A stretch of 64,000 nt of DNA from Carpediemonas membranifera BICM (Eukaryota > Protista > Fornicata), in assembly GCA_019828565.1 (NCBI GenBank), contig JAHDYR010000069.1, forward strand, positions 438,699-502,698. The letters run 5' to 3'. Positions 11,207 through 21,405 of this stretch are shown in pieces; position 1 is the first letter of the stretch; each line of letters starts with the position of its first letter. The notes under the pieces are model-generated. The model made no database searches, was not told the DNA's origin, and worked only from the letters and a program-made list of their open reading frames with translations. The position numbers were made by a program, and so were the translations under genes.

Positions 11207-11695
11207 TCCAATTAGCAATGCCTGCCTTCCGTCACGGGGAAAACGAGTAGTTGTTGTGGAGATTCCCAGCCGGAATCTGCTTGACCCCGAGATTCTCATG
11301 GGTCCTACGAACCCACCCTATGCTCTTCCCGATGATGGTTTCAGGGCCATATAGGTCGCGTTTCTTTTCCCGCGATCGGATGTGTCATGGCACCTGTGGT
11401 TGGGTCAAGCATAGTCTGTGGGAGATATGATGAGTGTGATGGAATGGAAACGGATAATTGAGCGACTAACAAGCATGTGAGCTCTGGGCAGTCAATGGCC
11501 GAGCCGACACGGGCCTTGGCAAGCTCTCTTCTTGCAATCTCAGAGCAGCCGAGAATTCCTACGGCCCTTTCATCGCATCCTCATGCCCACCGTGCCAGTC
11601 CAAGGCTCATCTGAACACTTTACTGACCCTCAGCACGACTGACCTAAAACTGCACTTGCGCCATCGCGCGATTGCCGCAACACGAAGAATAGCAA

Positions 11696-12795
11696 ATGCT
11701 GTGGCTTGACGAGGAGCGCCCAAAGAAACTGAAGGAACTTAACTACCATCATGACGTGAATAATATGCTCATCCGGCTGTCGAGCAAGAACGACTTCCCT
11801 CACATGCTTTTCTATGGTCCCAGTGGATCTGGAAAGAAAACGCGCATAATGGCATTCCTTCATGACATATTTGGCGCCAACGTGGAGAAAATGAAGAGTG
11901 AAATGAAGACGGTGACTGTGAACCGCAACGATGTAGAGATCATGGTTCGTTCTCCTCCCCCGCGCCTCCCAACCTCACACAGATGATCTCATCGCCATTC
12001 CACTTCGAGTTCAACCCTTCTGACGCCGGTGTTAGAGACAGACACGTCGTCCAAGAGATCATTAACGAGATTGCGACGAACCCCTCCTCGGGCGTCCAGA
12101 CGGGGAACCGACCGACGTTCAAGGTCATCATCCTCAACGAGGCGGATAAGCTGACCACCGCTGCCCAGCAGGCACTCCGTCGGACCATGGAGTCGTGCGT
12201 GAAGTCGGCCCGCCTCATCCTGGTCTCAGAAAACCTCAGCAGAGTCATCGAGCCGCTCAGGTCAAGGTGTCTGCTGCTCAGAGTGCCCTCACCCGACGGG
12301 ATAGACGTTGCCACGGTGCTGAACGACGCCGCTATGAACCATAAGGTGCACCTCGCCCAACCGGTGGTGGACCGACTCGTGCTCACGGCCGGGGGCAACG
12401 TCAGGCTCGCCCTGCTGCTGCTCGAGGCCACTGCAATCAACAACAACCTCCGCTGCACCCCGGACACGCTGGTCACGGCCCCGAACTGGGTCCTCGCCGC
12501 AGAGTCGATCGGAGTCGACCTCGTCAAGGGCCCCCACAATCCGCTCGCCCTGCACAGGCTCCGCACCAAGACGTACGAGCTGCTGACCCGCGCAATCCCC
12601 CCTGAGCGTATCTTTGTCCTCGTTCTCGACACTGTGCTGCGGCATGGCAGCTGTCCGCCCGCCGCTAAGGGGGAGCTGGCGTACTGGACCGCTTTCTTCC
12701 AGCACAGGTGTGCGCTCGGCGGGAAGCCTGTGGTGCACCTCGAGGCGTTCTATGCCCGGGTGATGGGCGTCCTGGCCCAGTATGGCCGGGGTTGA
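11696..12795 (+). CDS. RFC3: Replication factor C subunit 3 (yeast Rfc5); one 38-nt intron
   Basis: MLWLDEERPK, PHMLFYGPSGSGKKTR, NPSDAG, NEADKLT..AQQALRRTME, EPLRSRC and HLEAF; exons joined across intron 11945-11982. Confidence 0.93.
11945..11982 (+). other. Spliceosomal micro-intron, 38 nt
   Basis: gttcgt...cctcacacag; removal joins the two RFC3 ORFs in frame. Confidence 0.88.
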
Positions 12796-12888
12796 GCAAT
12801 GAGACGAAATAAACTATCGTGTCGACTGTATGACTTTGGGAAACAACATTCCTCGCCTATTACCTTACCTAATAATCAACTTTTGCTG

Positions 12889-13470
12889 TCACACATCCTT
12901 CTTCAGGCGGTAGAGCTTGTAGCCCTCGGGGCCGACTTCCAACAGCTGTTTGGGGTGGGGAATTACGCTCTGGCGGTGGGCGCTGACCATGGTGATGCCG
13001 CGGCTGGTGCACTCAGTCCGCAGCCGCCTCTCGAGGGAGCTGTTGAGGGACGTCGCCTCGTCCATCACGGCCCAGCGCGGGATGTGGAAGAAGAGGCGCG
13101 CGAAGCCCAGGCGCTGCTGCTCGCCGCCCGACAGGATGTCACTCCACGGCGCTTCCGTGTCAAGCCCGAAGCGGTCCAGCAGATAGCCCAGCTCGCAGTC
13201 ACGCAGACAAGACTCGATGCGGTCGGCGTCCTTGCCATTCTCGTCCGCGGCATCGGAAGCGTTCAATTCCTCGTTCACCTCCTCGAGGGCCTGGTACGCA
13301 TTGGGCGGCGACTGTAGCCTGACTTGCTCGGAGTCGGATACGTTGGGATATGATCTGATCACGCAGCGTCCCCATGAATATTTAACTCTTCTGCGGTAGG
13401 AAGAACATGTCCGCGGCCGGGTCACAGTGCCCATGGTCGCGGGCCAGAGTCCAGCAATCACTCGGTGCCC
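12889..13470 (-). pseudogene. ABCD-type (fatty-acyl-CoA/cobalamin) ABC transporter, NBD C-terminal fragment
   Basis: IAGLWP, LSGGEQQRLGFARLFFH and DEATS are present. The FFLPQKS*IFMGTLRDQI block lies in another frame with an internal TAA. No Walker A or TMD. Confidence 0.8.
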
Positions 13471-13657
13471 CACGCTCTCACCCTCAGTGACTGCCAAGCT
13501 TGCGCCACACGTCATGGCGGGCCGAGAAGGCACCATGTCCAGGCCCATCTGACATGTGAGATTCTTGAGACAATGTCAACATCCGCCCATTTGACAGCTC
13601 GCTCAGTGTTTATCAGCGGGTCAAACAGTATTCCTCTGTGGGCTCTTCCATCTGGCA

Positions 13658-14557
13658 TCATTCGGGGAGCACGAGTCCTCGGACCTTGAAGGTGAAGTTG
13701 TTCTTGAACGCCAAGGCCATGCCATCGAGATAGCGCCGGACTGTCCACTTTTGATTGGTAGCCTCATCATTTGATTGGCCCTGATTCTTAACCTCTTGGT
13801 GGTCAGCCCACCAGTCGGCCAGCCGCCACGGATGGACGGCCCCAGTGGCCGTAAGCTTGATGTGGACCCCCACATGTTCGAACCCCACCCGCAATGCCGG
13901 AGTATGAGTCCGGAAATCAGTTTCACCAGCAAATCTGACAGTCCTCGGCCCGAGTATGCTCTGGTTGTACCACTGGGCGAAGTCCGTGTCGCCTACCCGG
14001 GGCGACCCCGCGGACTGTACCCCGGCCACGGGTAGACCGCTCCTGTGGAGACCCGCTGCTACTAGTACAGCTGCTGCGGCGGCATTTCCAAATCCTGAGA
14101 CCCAGATGCGGGTGACACCGGTCATGCCTCCGGCAACAACGGCGTCCAGTACGCCTCGAGCAGCCTCGGCAGCAACCGAGTTGACCCGCCCAGGCCAGAG
14201 CTTGTCGCTGACTAGTGCGGGCTCATCTGAATTCGACCAGTCCTTGATCAGGACGTAGTGGTTGCCCTCGATGATGACAGTGAAGAAGCGATCAGTCCAA
14301 ACTAGAGAACCCTTGGACCCCTGGCGCTCCATTTCCCACTCAATGACATAAAATGGCTCGTTAGTGAGAGAACAAAGGTGGCAGAGCTCCATGCAGTGCT
14401 GAAGCTGCATAGGACCTGTCAGTTCTCGTGCACCGGTGAAGCGATAATGGCTCTTTTTCGTCAGTTTCTTCATACCAGATCTGTACTGTCCCCAGTGTCG
14501 TCTATTACGCTCAAAAGCCTCTCCCATGGCCTGACCAAAGTCGTTGATATCTGTCAT
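13658..14557 (-). CDS. Lipase class 3-fold protein lacking the catalytic GHSxG serine
   Basis: IWVSGFGNAAAAAVL at the nucleophile elbow; AGSPRVGDTDFAQWYN, D..THTP and GFEHVG motifs. Confidence 0.75.
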   Translation of the reverse strand: MTDINDFGQAMGEAFERNRRHWGQYRSGMKKLTKKSHYRFTGARELTGPMQLQHCMELCHLCSLTNEPFYVIEWEMERQGSKGSLVWTDRFFTVIIEGNHYVLIKDWSNSDEPALVSDKLWPGRVNSVAAEAARGVLDAVVAGGMTGVTRIWVSGFGNAAAAAVLVAAGLHRSGLPVAGVQSAGSPRVGDTDFAQWYNQSILGPRTVRFAGETDFRTHTPALRVGFEHVGVHIKLTATGAVHPWRLADWWADHQEVKNQGQSNDEATNQKWTVRRYLDGMALAFKNNFTFKVRGLVLPE

Positions 14558-14760
14558 AAAATGCGAAATGCTCGTTTCTGCTGAGATCTGTCACTTTGAC
14601 TCTAGATGACCATGGAGACATGTGCTTACTGAGCTCCAGACCCTGCCCTGCCGCTTTTCCTCACTTATCCCACTCACCATGCCCTGTCATGGACCCCAAC
14701 TTCGGGCGAGTCATCACACATTGGACCGGTCTAGATACTACTTTACTACTACCACGCGGC

Positions 14761-17014
14761 CTAGCGGCCTGCCAGGACGGCCACCGGTGTCGCCATGCTT
14801 ATGGCAGAGCCCCGTATGGCCCTCTCCCTGCGCCTCACCCGCGCCCCAGCCCGCCTCGATGCCCATGCCCGCCACGTCTGGAATGCGGTGACAAGGCACT
14901 TGTAGTCATGGACCCTGAGACTCCACGGGTCGACTGGCACGCCGGTAGGAAGCAACCACGACCCCCCCTCGGAGAGCCGGACTGAAGCCAGCCGGGCCCC
15001 GCCGAGGAGCATTGAGAGGTGGAGCCCGGGCCGGGCAAGCTTGGCCGCGCGGCGGGGGTCGGCGGCAGCGAGGTGAAGCCGTCGGGCAAGGAGTGAGTCG
15101 GCAGCGTACTCGAAGCGTCGGGCACGCCGCTCGTCAGCAATGAACCGGCACCAGCGATGGAAAACTCGGGCCTGGCAGTGGAAGTCGGCCAGCTCGGCGG
15201 CATGGAAGTCTTGAAGTCGAGCCCGGTGTGCCGCATCAAATGATTGAGCCCAGTGGTTGAAGACTCGACGCCGGGTAAACGTAGCATGGAGGCTGCTGAG
15301 GAGGCGGCCCCGGTGGTTGAGAGACCGCAGTCGGCCGGCCATGGCGTGCAGCACCACGAGCTTGACACGTGATACCTGACGTCGCCGGAAAATGACGAGC
15401 CGGTCGGCTAGAAGCTTCTTTTGCCGGAGAAGTTTGACCCAGTGTGCAAAGTGGACTCTGGTGCTATGTATCGCGTGATGAGCCGCTGGTCGCTGGTGGC
15501 AGTCAGCTTTAACCACGGCTTGCCAACAGTGCAACGCGCGCCACTGGCAATGGCGGCGGACCAGCGTGTTATCATGTTGCCGGACATACCACTGCCGGAA
15601 ACACGAGTCAAGTACAACCAACTCCCGCCTTGATTGAATCAAATCTCCCCTGGAATCTATATCTCTCCGCATCACGCACCAGCTCTCAAGGAATGTGCGC
15701 GCCATCCTCTTCCCGCATGCCCGTTCGTCACCATACTCGCGCCAGGCTTGCCAGTGTCGTGACACCAGCAGGCCTCTGTTGAACAAGTCTGCCTTGGCCT
15801 GCTCGGCGAGGAGGGCGTGGTGTCTGGCCGAACGCTGGGCGATCTCGAACCAGGCCTGCAGGGCGGACCGAGCGAGGTCCACCTCTTCCTGCTCGAGCGA
15901 ATAGACACGCACGCGATACCGCCAGCACTGGGCAGCCACACCCACCACACGCCTCAGCAGCTGACGGCGGGCAAGGACCGTCCGCCACTGCTCCCACGCC
16001 GTGATCACGGAGAGCAGCTCGGCCCGGGTCTGGACGATCGCCGTACGCTGCCGATCTGGTCGATTGCGGCGGGTTATGCCTGCCCATTCAGTTACGACGT
16101 GTGCGAGCATGCGGCGGATGCCAGTTCGAGCCATCGCCTCGGCCTTCCTGTTCGCCTTCACGCGGGTCTCCCACTCGGTCCGCATGATCACCCACACTCG
16201 CCTCCGCACTTTAAGGTCATGGACGAGCATCATCCGATGGGCGACAACCTCCTCCATCCACCTATCCAGCGTGTGGCGGGCCAGTGCGGTGCTGTAGTGG
16301 GACGAGGCCAGGGCGGTGTCCTCGGCCACAATGTCTGGGATGGTCTGCCACCACGCAAGGAGACAGCCCCGGAGCAGTCGGGCTGCATTGGCTCCGTCTG
16401 CAAGTGCCTCTCTGTCATGCTGCCTGCGCTGTGTCTCGTGTCGCCACCGGATAAAAGCTGACACCATGTAGTGGTCAACGCGGTACTCTGCCCGCTCCCT
16501 AGCCCGAGCACTGACTAAAGCGGCGGCACCAGCCCTGAGTCTGATCTGCACGAAAGCATGGAGGCCAGCCTGGAGCAGGGCGCGGTTGTTGGGGTGTGTG
16601 ACGCACCGCTCTACTGCGGCAGCGGGGGTGATTCGGACAGCGGAACGCCAGAGAATGAATGGGCGTCGTATTTGGATGGCATAGACGATGTCCTGGAGGA
16701 ATAGGACGCGTACCTCGGTGTCCTCCCACTGGTTGCAGCGGGCACGGAGGCCTCGGATGGATACTGTGTGATGGGGAAGGAAATGACGTACCGTTGTCTG
16801 GGAGGGCACTTGTATGACCCATACGAGTGGCATTGAGTGGATGTGACGTCGGCGCTGGCGGTAGAACCATCAATTCGTCACGCACAAGCGCTAGCAGCCG
16901 ATTCAGGCGGTTGAATTCATGTTGAAGAGCATTCCGCTCATTATACATCCATGTTTGCGCCGACCGGATGAGATCAACGCGATTCCTGCCCAATTTCGGC
17001 GACAAGCGCGCCAT
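14761..17014 (-). CDS. Second Sfi1-like repeat protein; one 28-nt intron
   Basis: Repeated [FL]-x-x-W motifs (FILWR, FIRWR, LLAWW, FRQWY, FAHWV, FNHWA, FHRWC, FQTWR); 5' exon 17014-16792 joined via intron 16764-16791. Confidence 0.72.
16764..16791 (-). other. Spliceosomal micro-intron, 28 nt
   Basis: gtacgtcatttccttccccatcacacag; removal fuses ORFs 16499-17014 and 14761-16833 in frame (..PDN-VSIRG..). Confidence 0.82.
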
Positions 17015-17199
17015 TGCCTCGTCTTGAATGACGACTTCATTTCTTGTCTGTCAGGCAGCAACCGCCGAACCAGGACATGACTCGGCCAGCATCGCACCAG
17101 CACATACATATCATCGTGGAAGCTTAGGCATTTTAGTCTGCCGAGCACTGAACGATTACTGTAGAATGAGCGTGACCAGCTGCATTTTATGACACCGTC

Positions 17200-17844
17200 T
17201 TAGATCAGCAAGTAGCTGTCCTCCTCGACAGAGAACAACCCTTCGGACACTGGACACCCGTCCTCGTCAACCAGGCTCGTAAATGGCACTGCCCGACATG
17301 CGAATACCGCTATCTTCTTAGTCCTGGCGTTACAGAACAAAAAGACCCAGCCCCACAGACTCTCGTCTCCGAAGACGTCGTCCTGCCCCTCACCCGTCGA
17401 CAGGGAGTATATGGTGCAGTTTTTGACACCAATCGCGACATCCAGGGCGGCGAGTGCCTGGGACATGAGATCCCGCCCGTGTGGCATGCCCGCGAACTGG
17501 CTAAAGAGGAACTCGGCGACGAGCTGCGGGGAGTGCTCCTTCGTGAAGCTGTCAGGACTCATGCTGGAGAAGTCTGTCGCGGGAAAGACCTGGTTCAGCG
17601 TGTGCACCAGGTTGATGAAAGCTTTGCGGCCCTGGTTGGTGACCATGTCGAATGGATTGTCTGTATAGCTTGAGGGAGTTGCGATTATGCCGTCTTCGAG
17701 CGATTTGCTAACTCTCTTTTCGTTTGTGGATGGCTTCATGGTGTAGAGCTCGAGATGTGAAACCAACTGGGCTCCAACGACGTGGAGCTGTTCATCTATA
17801 GACGCTGCTATCGCTGACAGGCTTTCTTCTTGTATATATCGCAT
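17200..17844 (-). CDS. MAF1: Maf1 repressor of RNA polymerase III
   Basis: MRYI, LELYTMK, FINLVHTLNQVFPATDFS, CTIYS and LWGWVFLFCNARTKKI match Maf1 boxes A-C. Confidence 0.85.
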   Translation of the reverse strand: MRYIQEESLSAIAASIDEQLHVVGAQLVSHLELYTMKPSTNEKRVSKSLEDGIIATPSSYTDNPFDMVTNQGRKAFINLVHTLNQVFPATDFSSMSPDSFTKEHSPQLVAEFLFSQFAGMPHGRDLMSQALAALDVAIGVKNCTIYSLSTGEGQDDVFGDESLWGWVFLFCNARTKKIAVFACRAVPFTSLVDEDGCPVSEGLFSVEEDSYLLI

Positions 17845-18233
17845 CTCTTTCTCGGCGTTTGTATCTTGTCGTCGCCGCGACAATCTGCCCCCAAATTTTG
17901 CGCCAAGTTTGGTGGACTGACTCAGTCAACAATACGACCCTCTAGCGTCTGTACGCTGAGACGAGCCCTGCCTTATCCCCTATCGCGCAGTCAGGGTGCA
18001 TGACTGCCCCGAGAGTACCTGGCATCGCATGACCCTGAGCTGATGATGCGTGAGTGTGGGTGGCTTGGCTGGTTGGAAAGGCCTCACGGCGTTAAACTGC
18101 AGTTGTTTATTAGTCGGGTAGCTTAGTAGGATGTGATGAGTAGACAGGGACGGGGGGAAGCCATTGCCAGAGATATGGCACACCTCAAATCACTGAGAGC
18201 TATATCCCATCAGCGTATCACCACCAAGACGAC

Positions 18234-18488
18234 CTACTCGGTCGCTCTCGACAGCTCCCTCGTCATGTTCGGGATATCTCGACGCTGGAAGCGACCGACG
18301 ACATCTTCCCGCTTTGCATCCATTGCTCCGATCACCTCCTCTGACAGCAAGGGGTCGCTGGAGAGCGAGGCGATGATTTGAAGGTTATCGGCGAGCTCCT
18401 CGATCCACAGGTCTTCAATATCCTCGGGACGGATGCCAGCAGCAAGTACCGATTGTGGCGTCGGTTTTCTTGAGTGTACGCGTTCCAT
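18234..18488 (-). CDS. Small hypothetical protein
   Basis: 84-aa ORF from ATG 18488 with plausible composition. Confidence 0.4.
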   Translation of the reverse strand: MERVHSRKPTPQSVLAAGIRPEDIEDLWIEELADNLQIIASLSSDPLLSEEVIGAMDAKREDVVGRFQRRDIPNMTRELSRATE

Positions 18489-19380
18489 TTGTGCTATTGT
18501 TGCGATTGTTGTGTTCCTGTCGTTCTTCCGCGACTTTTGCGTGCAGAAAAATTGAGCAACGAATAACTGCTCTGGAGCACTTTGTGAGTGAGTCTCAGAG
18601 CAGTACTGACCCACCTGTGAGTTTTTGGAGACGCATTGTCAAAGTGCAGTTTATTTGAGGCTCCAATGAAAACATGAAACTTAACGATGAATCAACAATA
18701 GACTCGGCTTAAGATGGATTTGGGGATGATCGGCCTGCCGCCGCTCAGATGCCGGGATTCTCCAGGGGCAGTGTGGCGGGTTGGGGTCGAACCGACTCTT
18801 GAAATGTCACGATGGAGAAGAACACAAGCAAGAAAAAGAACCAAGGCTGAAAAGGTGATATGCAACACACAAAGCCCGCACATGCATCGGAAAGAAGCCA
18901 CGGCGTGAAAAATTCCACCACTTCTGCAAGAGAAGACAATCAAGCTGCCATAGCCACAGAACCCCACCAATCTCCCACAAAAGACAGAAATGAGGCACAA
19001 TACACAACTTTTAGCGAAACTGGGCCTTCTGGAGGCATGATGTACTCTTTCGGGATGAGCCAAGGGGACGTGCCTCTGTGGGCAGCCTCGCACGTGAAAG
19101 CCGCAAGCCTAGAAGAGAGGCGGCGGCACAAAGGGACCTGATATCTAGTAAATCAGCCACGAATCATGATCGCAGATGCTTGGGACGGCAGAAGCCAGGG
19201 TTCGCCGGCCACATCTCAATCTGTTTCCATACCGTCTAATTTCTTGCCAGGTTGGGGTCATAACGCGGGCACACGTCTCGGATCAGTCGAGCCCTTGCAC
19301 TCAGCGGTCTCGAATCTGTCTAGATTTACGGTTTATCTCAATCCGCCCATATATCCGAGGCGAAAAACGCAAGCGCTGCA

Positions 19381-21298
19381 ATGGCTGAAACCGAGTTGGA
19401 TCAGGGCGAAATTGCGCAAGTACCCGTCGAAAAGGTACAAGAGCCCTCGTATTCCGAGGAATTTGCGGAAGGAACAGCCGAGGTTGTTGAAGAATGCGCA
19501 CCAGCCGCTGCAGAGTCAAATGAAGGCGAGGCGCCATCTGAAGACATAGATGAGAGCAATATAGATAACTCCGATGAGCTTGAAGAGAACCCTGTCGCTG
19601 AGGAGGAGCCCGCCGCCGAGGAGGAGGCCAAGACTGAGGAGCCCGCCGAGGAGGAGCCCACCGAGGAGGAGGCCAAGACTGAGGAGCCCGCCGCCGAGGA
19701 GCCCACCGAGGAGGAGGCCAAGACTGAGGAGCCCGCCGCCGAGGAGGAGGCCGCCGAGGAGGAGCCCAAGACTGAGGAGCCCGCCGAGGAGGAGCCCAAG
19801 ACTGAGGAGCCCGCCGAGGAGGAGCCCACCGAGGAGGAGCCCAAGACTGAGGAGCCCGCCGAGGAGGAGCCCACCGAGGAGGAGCCCAAGACTGAGGAGC
19901 CCGCCGCCGAGGAGGAGGCCGCCGAGGAGGAGCCCAAGACTGAGGAGCCCGCCGAGGAGGAGCCCAAGACTGAGGAGCCCGCCGAGGAGGAGCCCACCGA
20001 GGAGGAGCCCAAGACTGAGGAGCCCGCCGCCGAGGAGGAGGCCGCCGAGGAGGAGGCCACCGAGGAGGAGCCCAAGACTGAGGAGCCCGCCGCCGAGGAG
20101 GAGGCCAAGACTGAGGAGCCCGCCGCCGAGGAGGAGCCCAAGACTGAGGAGCCCGCCGCCGAGGAGGAGGCCAAGACTGAGGAGCCCGCCGAGGAGGAGC
20201 CCACCGAGGAGGAGCCCAAGACTGAGGAGCCCGCCGCCGAGGAGGAGCCCAAGACTGAGGGAGCCCGCCGCCGAGGAGGAGCCCAAGACTGAGGAGCCCG
20301 CCGCCGAGGAGGAGCCCAAGACTGAGGAGCCCGCCGCCGAGGAGGAGCCCAAGACTGAGGAGCCCGCCGCCGAGGAGGAGGCCAAGACTGAGGAGCCCGC
20401 CGCCGAGGAGGAGCCCAAGACTGAGGAGCCCGCCGCCGAGGAGGAGCCCAAGACTGAGGAGCCCGCCGCCGAGGAGGAGGCCAAGACTGAGGAGCCCGCC
20501 GAGGAGGAGCCCGCCGAGGAGGAGCCCACCGAGGAGGAGGCCAAGACTGAGGAGCCCGCCGCCGAGGAGGAGGCCAAGACTGAGGAGCCCGCCGAGGAGG
20601 AGCCCACCGAGGAGGAGGCCAAGACTGAGGAGCCCGCCGAGGAGGAGCCCAAGACTGAGGAGCCCGCCGCCGAGGAGGAGCCCAAGACTGAGGAGCCCAC
20701 CGAGGAGGAGCCCAAGACTGAGGAGCCCGCCGCCGAGGAGGAGGCCAAGACTGAGGAGCCCGCCGAGGAGGAGCCCACCGAGGAGGAGGCCAAGACTGAG
20801 GAGCCCGCCGAGGAGGAGCCCAAGACTGAGGAGCCCGCCGAGGAGGAGCCCAAGACTGAGGAGCCCGCCGCCGAGGAGGAGGCCAGGCCATCCCCCGTGC
20901 CCAAGAAGGACGCCCCCCGCCCCGTCGCGATCCCCGCCCCCCACACGCTCATGAACGAGCTGACCATGTCACCGTCCGACATCACGGTCGGGCCCATCAA
21001 GCAGGGCTTCCTGTTCAAGCGGGGTGGCTTCAGAGGCAAGTCGTGGCAAAGGCGGTACTTTGTCCTTCTCCCAGACGAGCTGCTCTGGTTCAAGGCGAAG
21101 ACGACAGAGTACGAGAAGTGCACGAACAAGCTGCCTCTCGGTCAGGTGGCAATGGTCGTGGACGGCGCGGAAGATAACAGCAAGTTCGGCTTTGAGTTGA
21201 GGTCGACCCCGAAGCCGTACTCTTTGGCGGCCGAGAGCGACGAGAGCCGGCGGGAGTGGAGCCAGGCGATCCGCAGATGTATTCCTAAGACCGAGTAA
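19381..21298 (+). CDS. Acidic repeat protein with C-terminal PH domain (one-base frameshift at about 20260)
   Basis: EEEPKTEEPAA repeats continue across an extra G (actgagGgagccc). PH domain KQGFLFKRGG..KSWQRRYFVL..LAAESDESRREWSQAI. Confidence 0.85.
19600..20884 (+). repeat. Coding minisatellite built from 15-18 bp modules (gaggaggagccc/gcc, aagact, gaggagcccgccgcc)
   Basis: About 1.3 kb of codon-identical modules encoding EEEPKT / EEPAA / EEEPT / EEEAKT. Confidence 0.95.
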
Positions 21299-21405
21299 AC
21301 TAGTATCGACGGGTTTATATGATGGCCCGCCGCATCCAAGGGCAAGGCAGATGGACCTTCATCCGTGCAGTTTATGTCAGAAGCTTATGTACTAGTAGTC
21401 CTTCT

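Noticed and set aside
18692-19141. Short overlapping ORFs between the small hypothetical gene and the PH gene
   Set aside because: No recognisable motif, no consistent frame and no convincing intron to join them.
19600-20884. CRISPR-like array
   Set aside because: No unique spacers; it is a tandem coding repeat in a eukaryotic gene.
19301-21129. Long alternative-frame and antisense ORFs (SR-like RSPPRR, poly-GLL, poly-SSA)
   Set aside because: By-products of the stop-free coding minisatellite; only the Glu-rich frame joins a sensible N-terminus to the PH domain.
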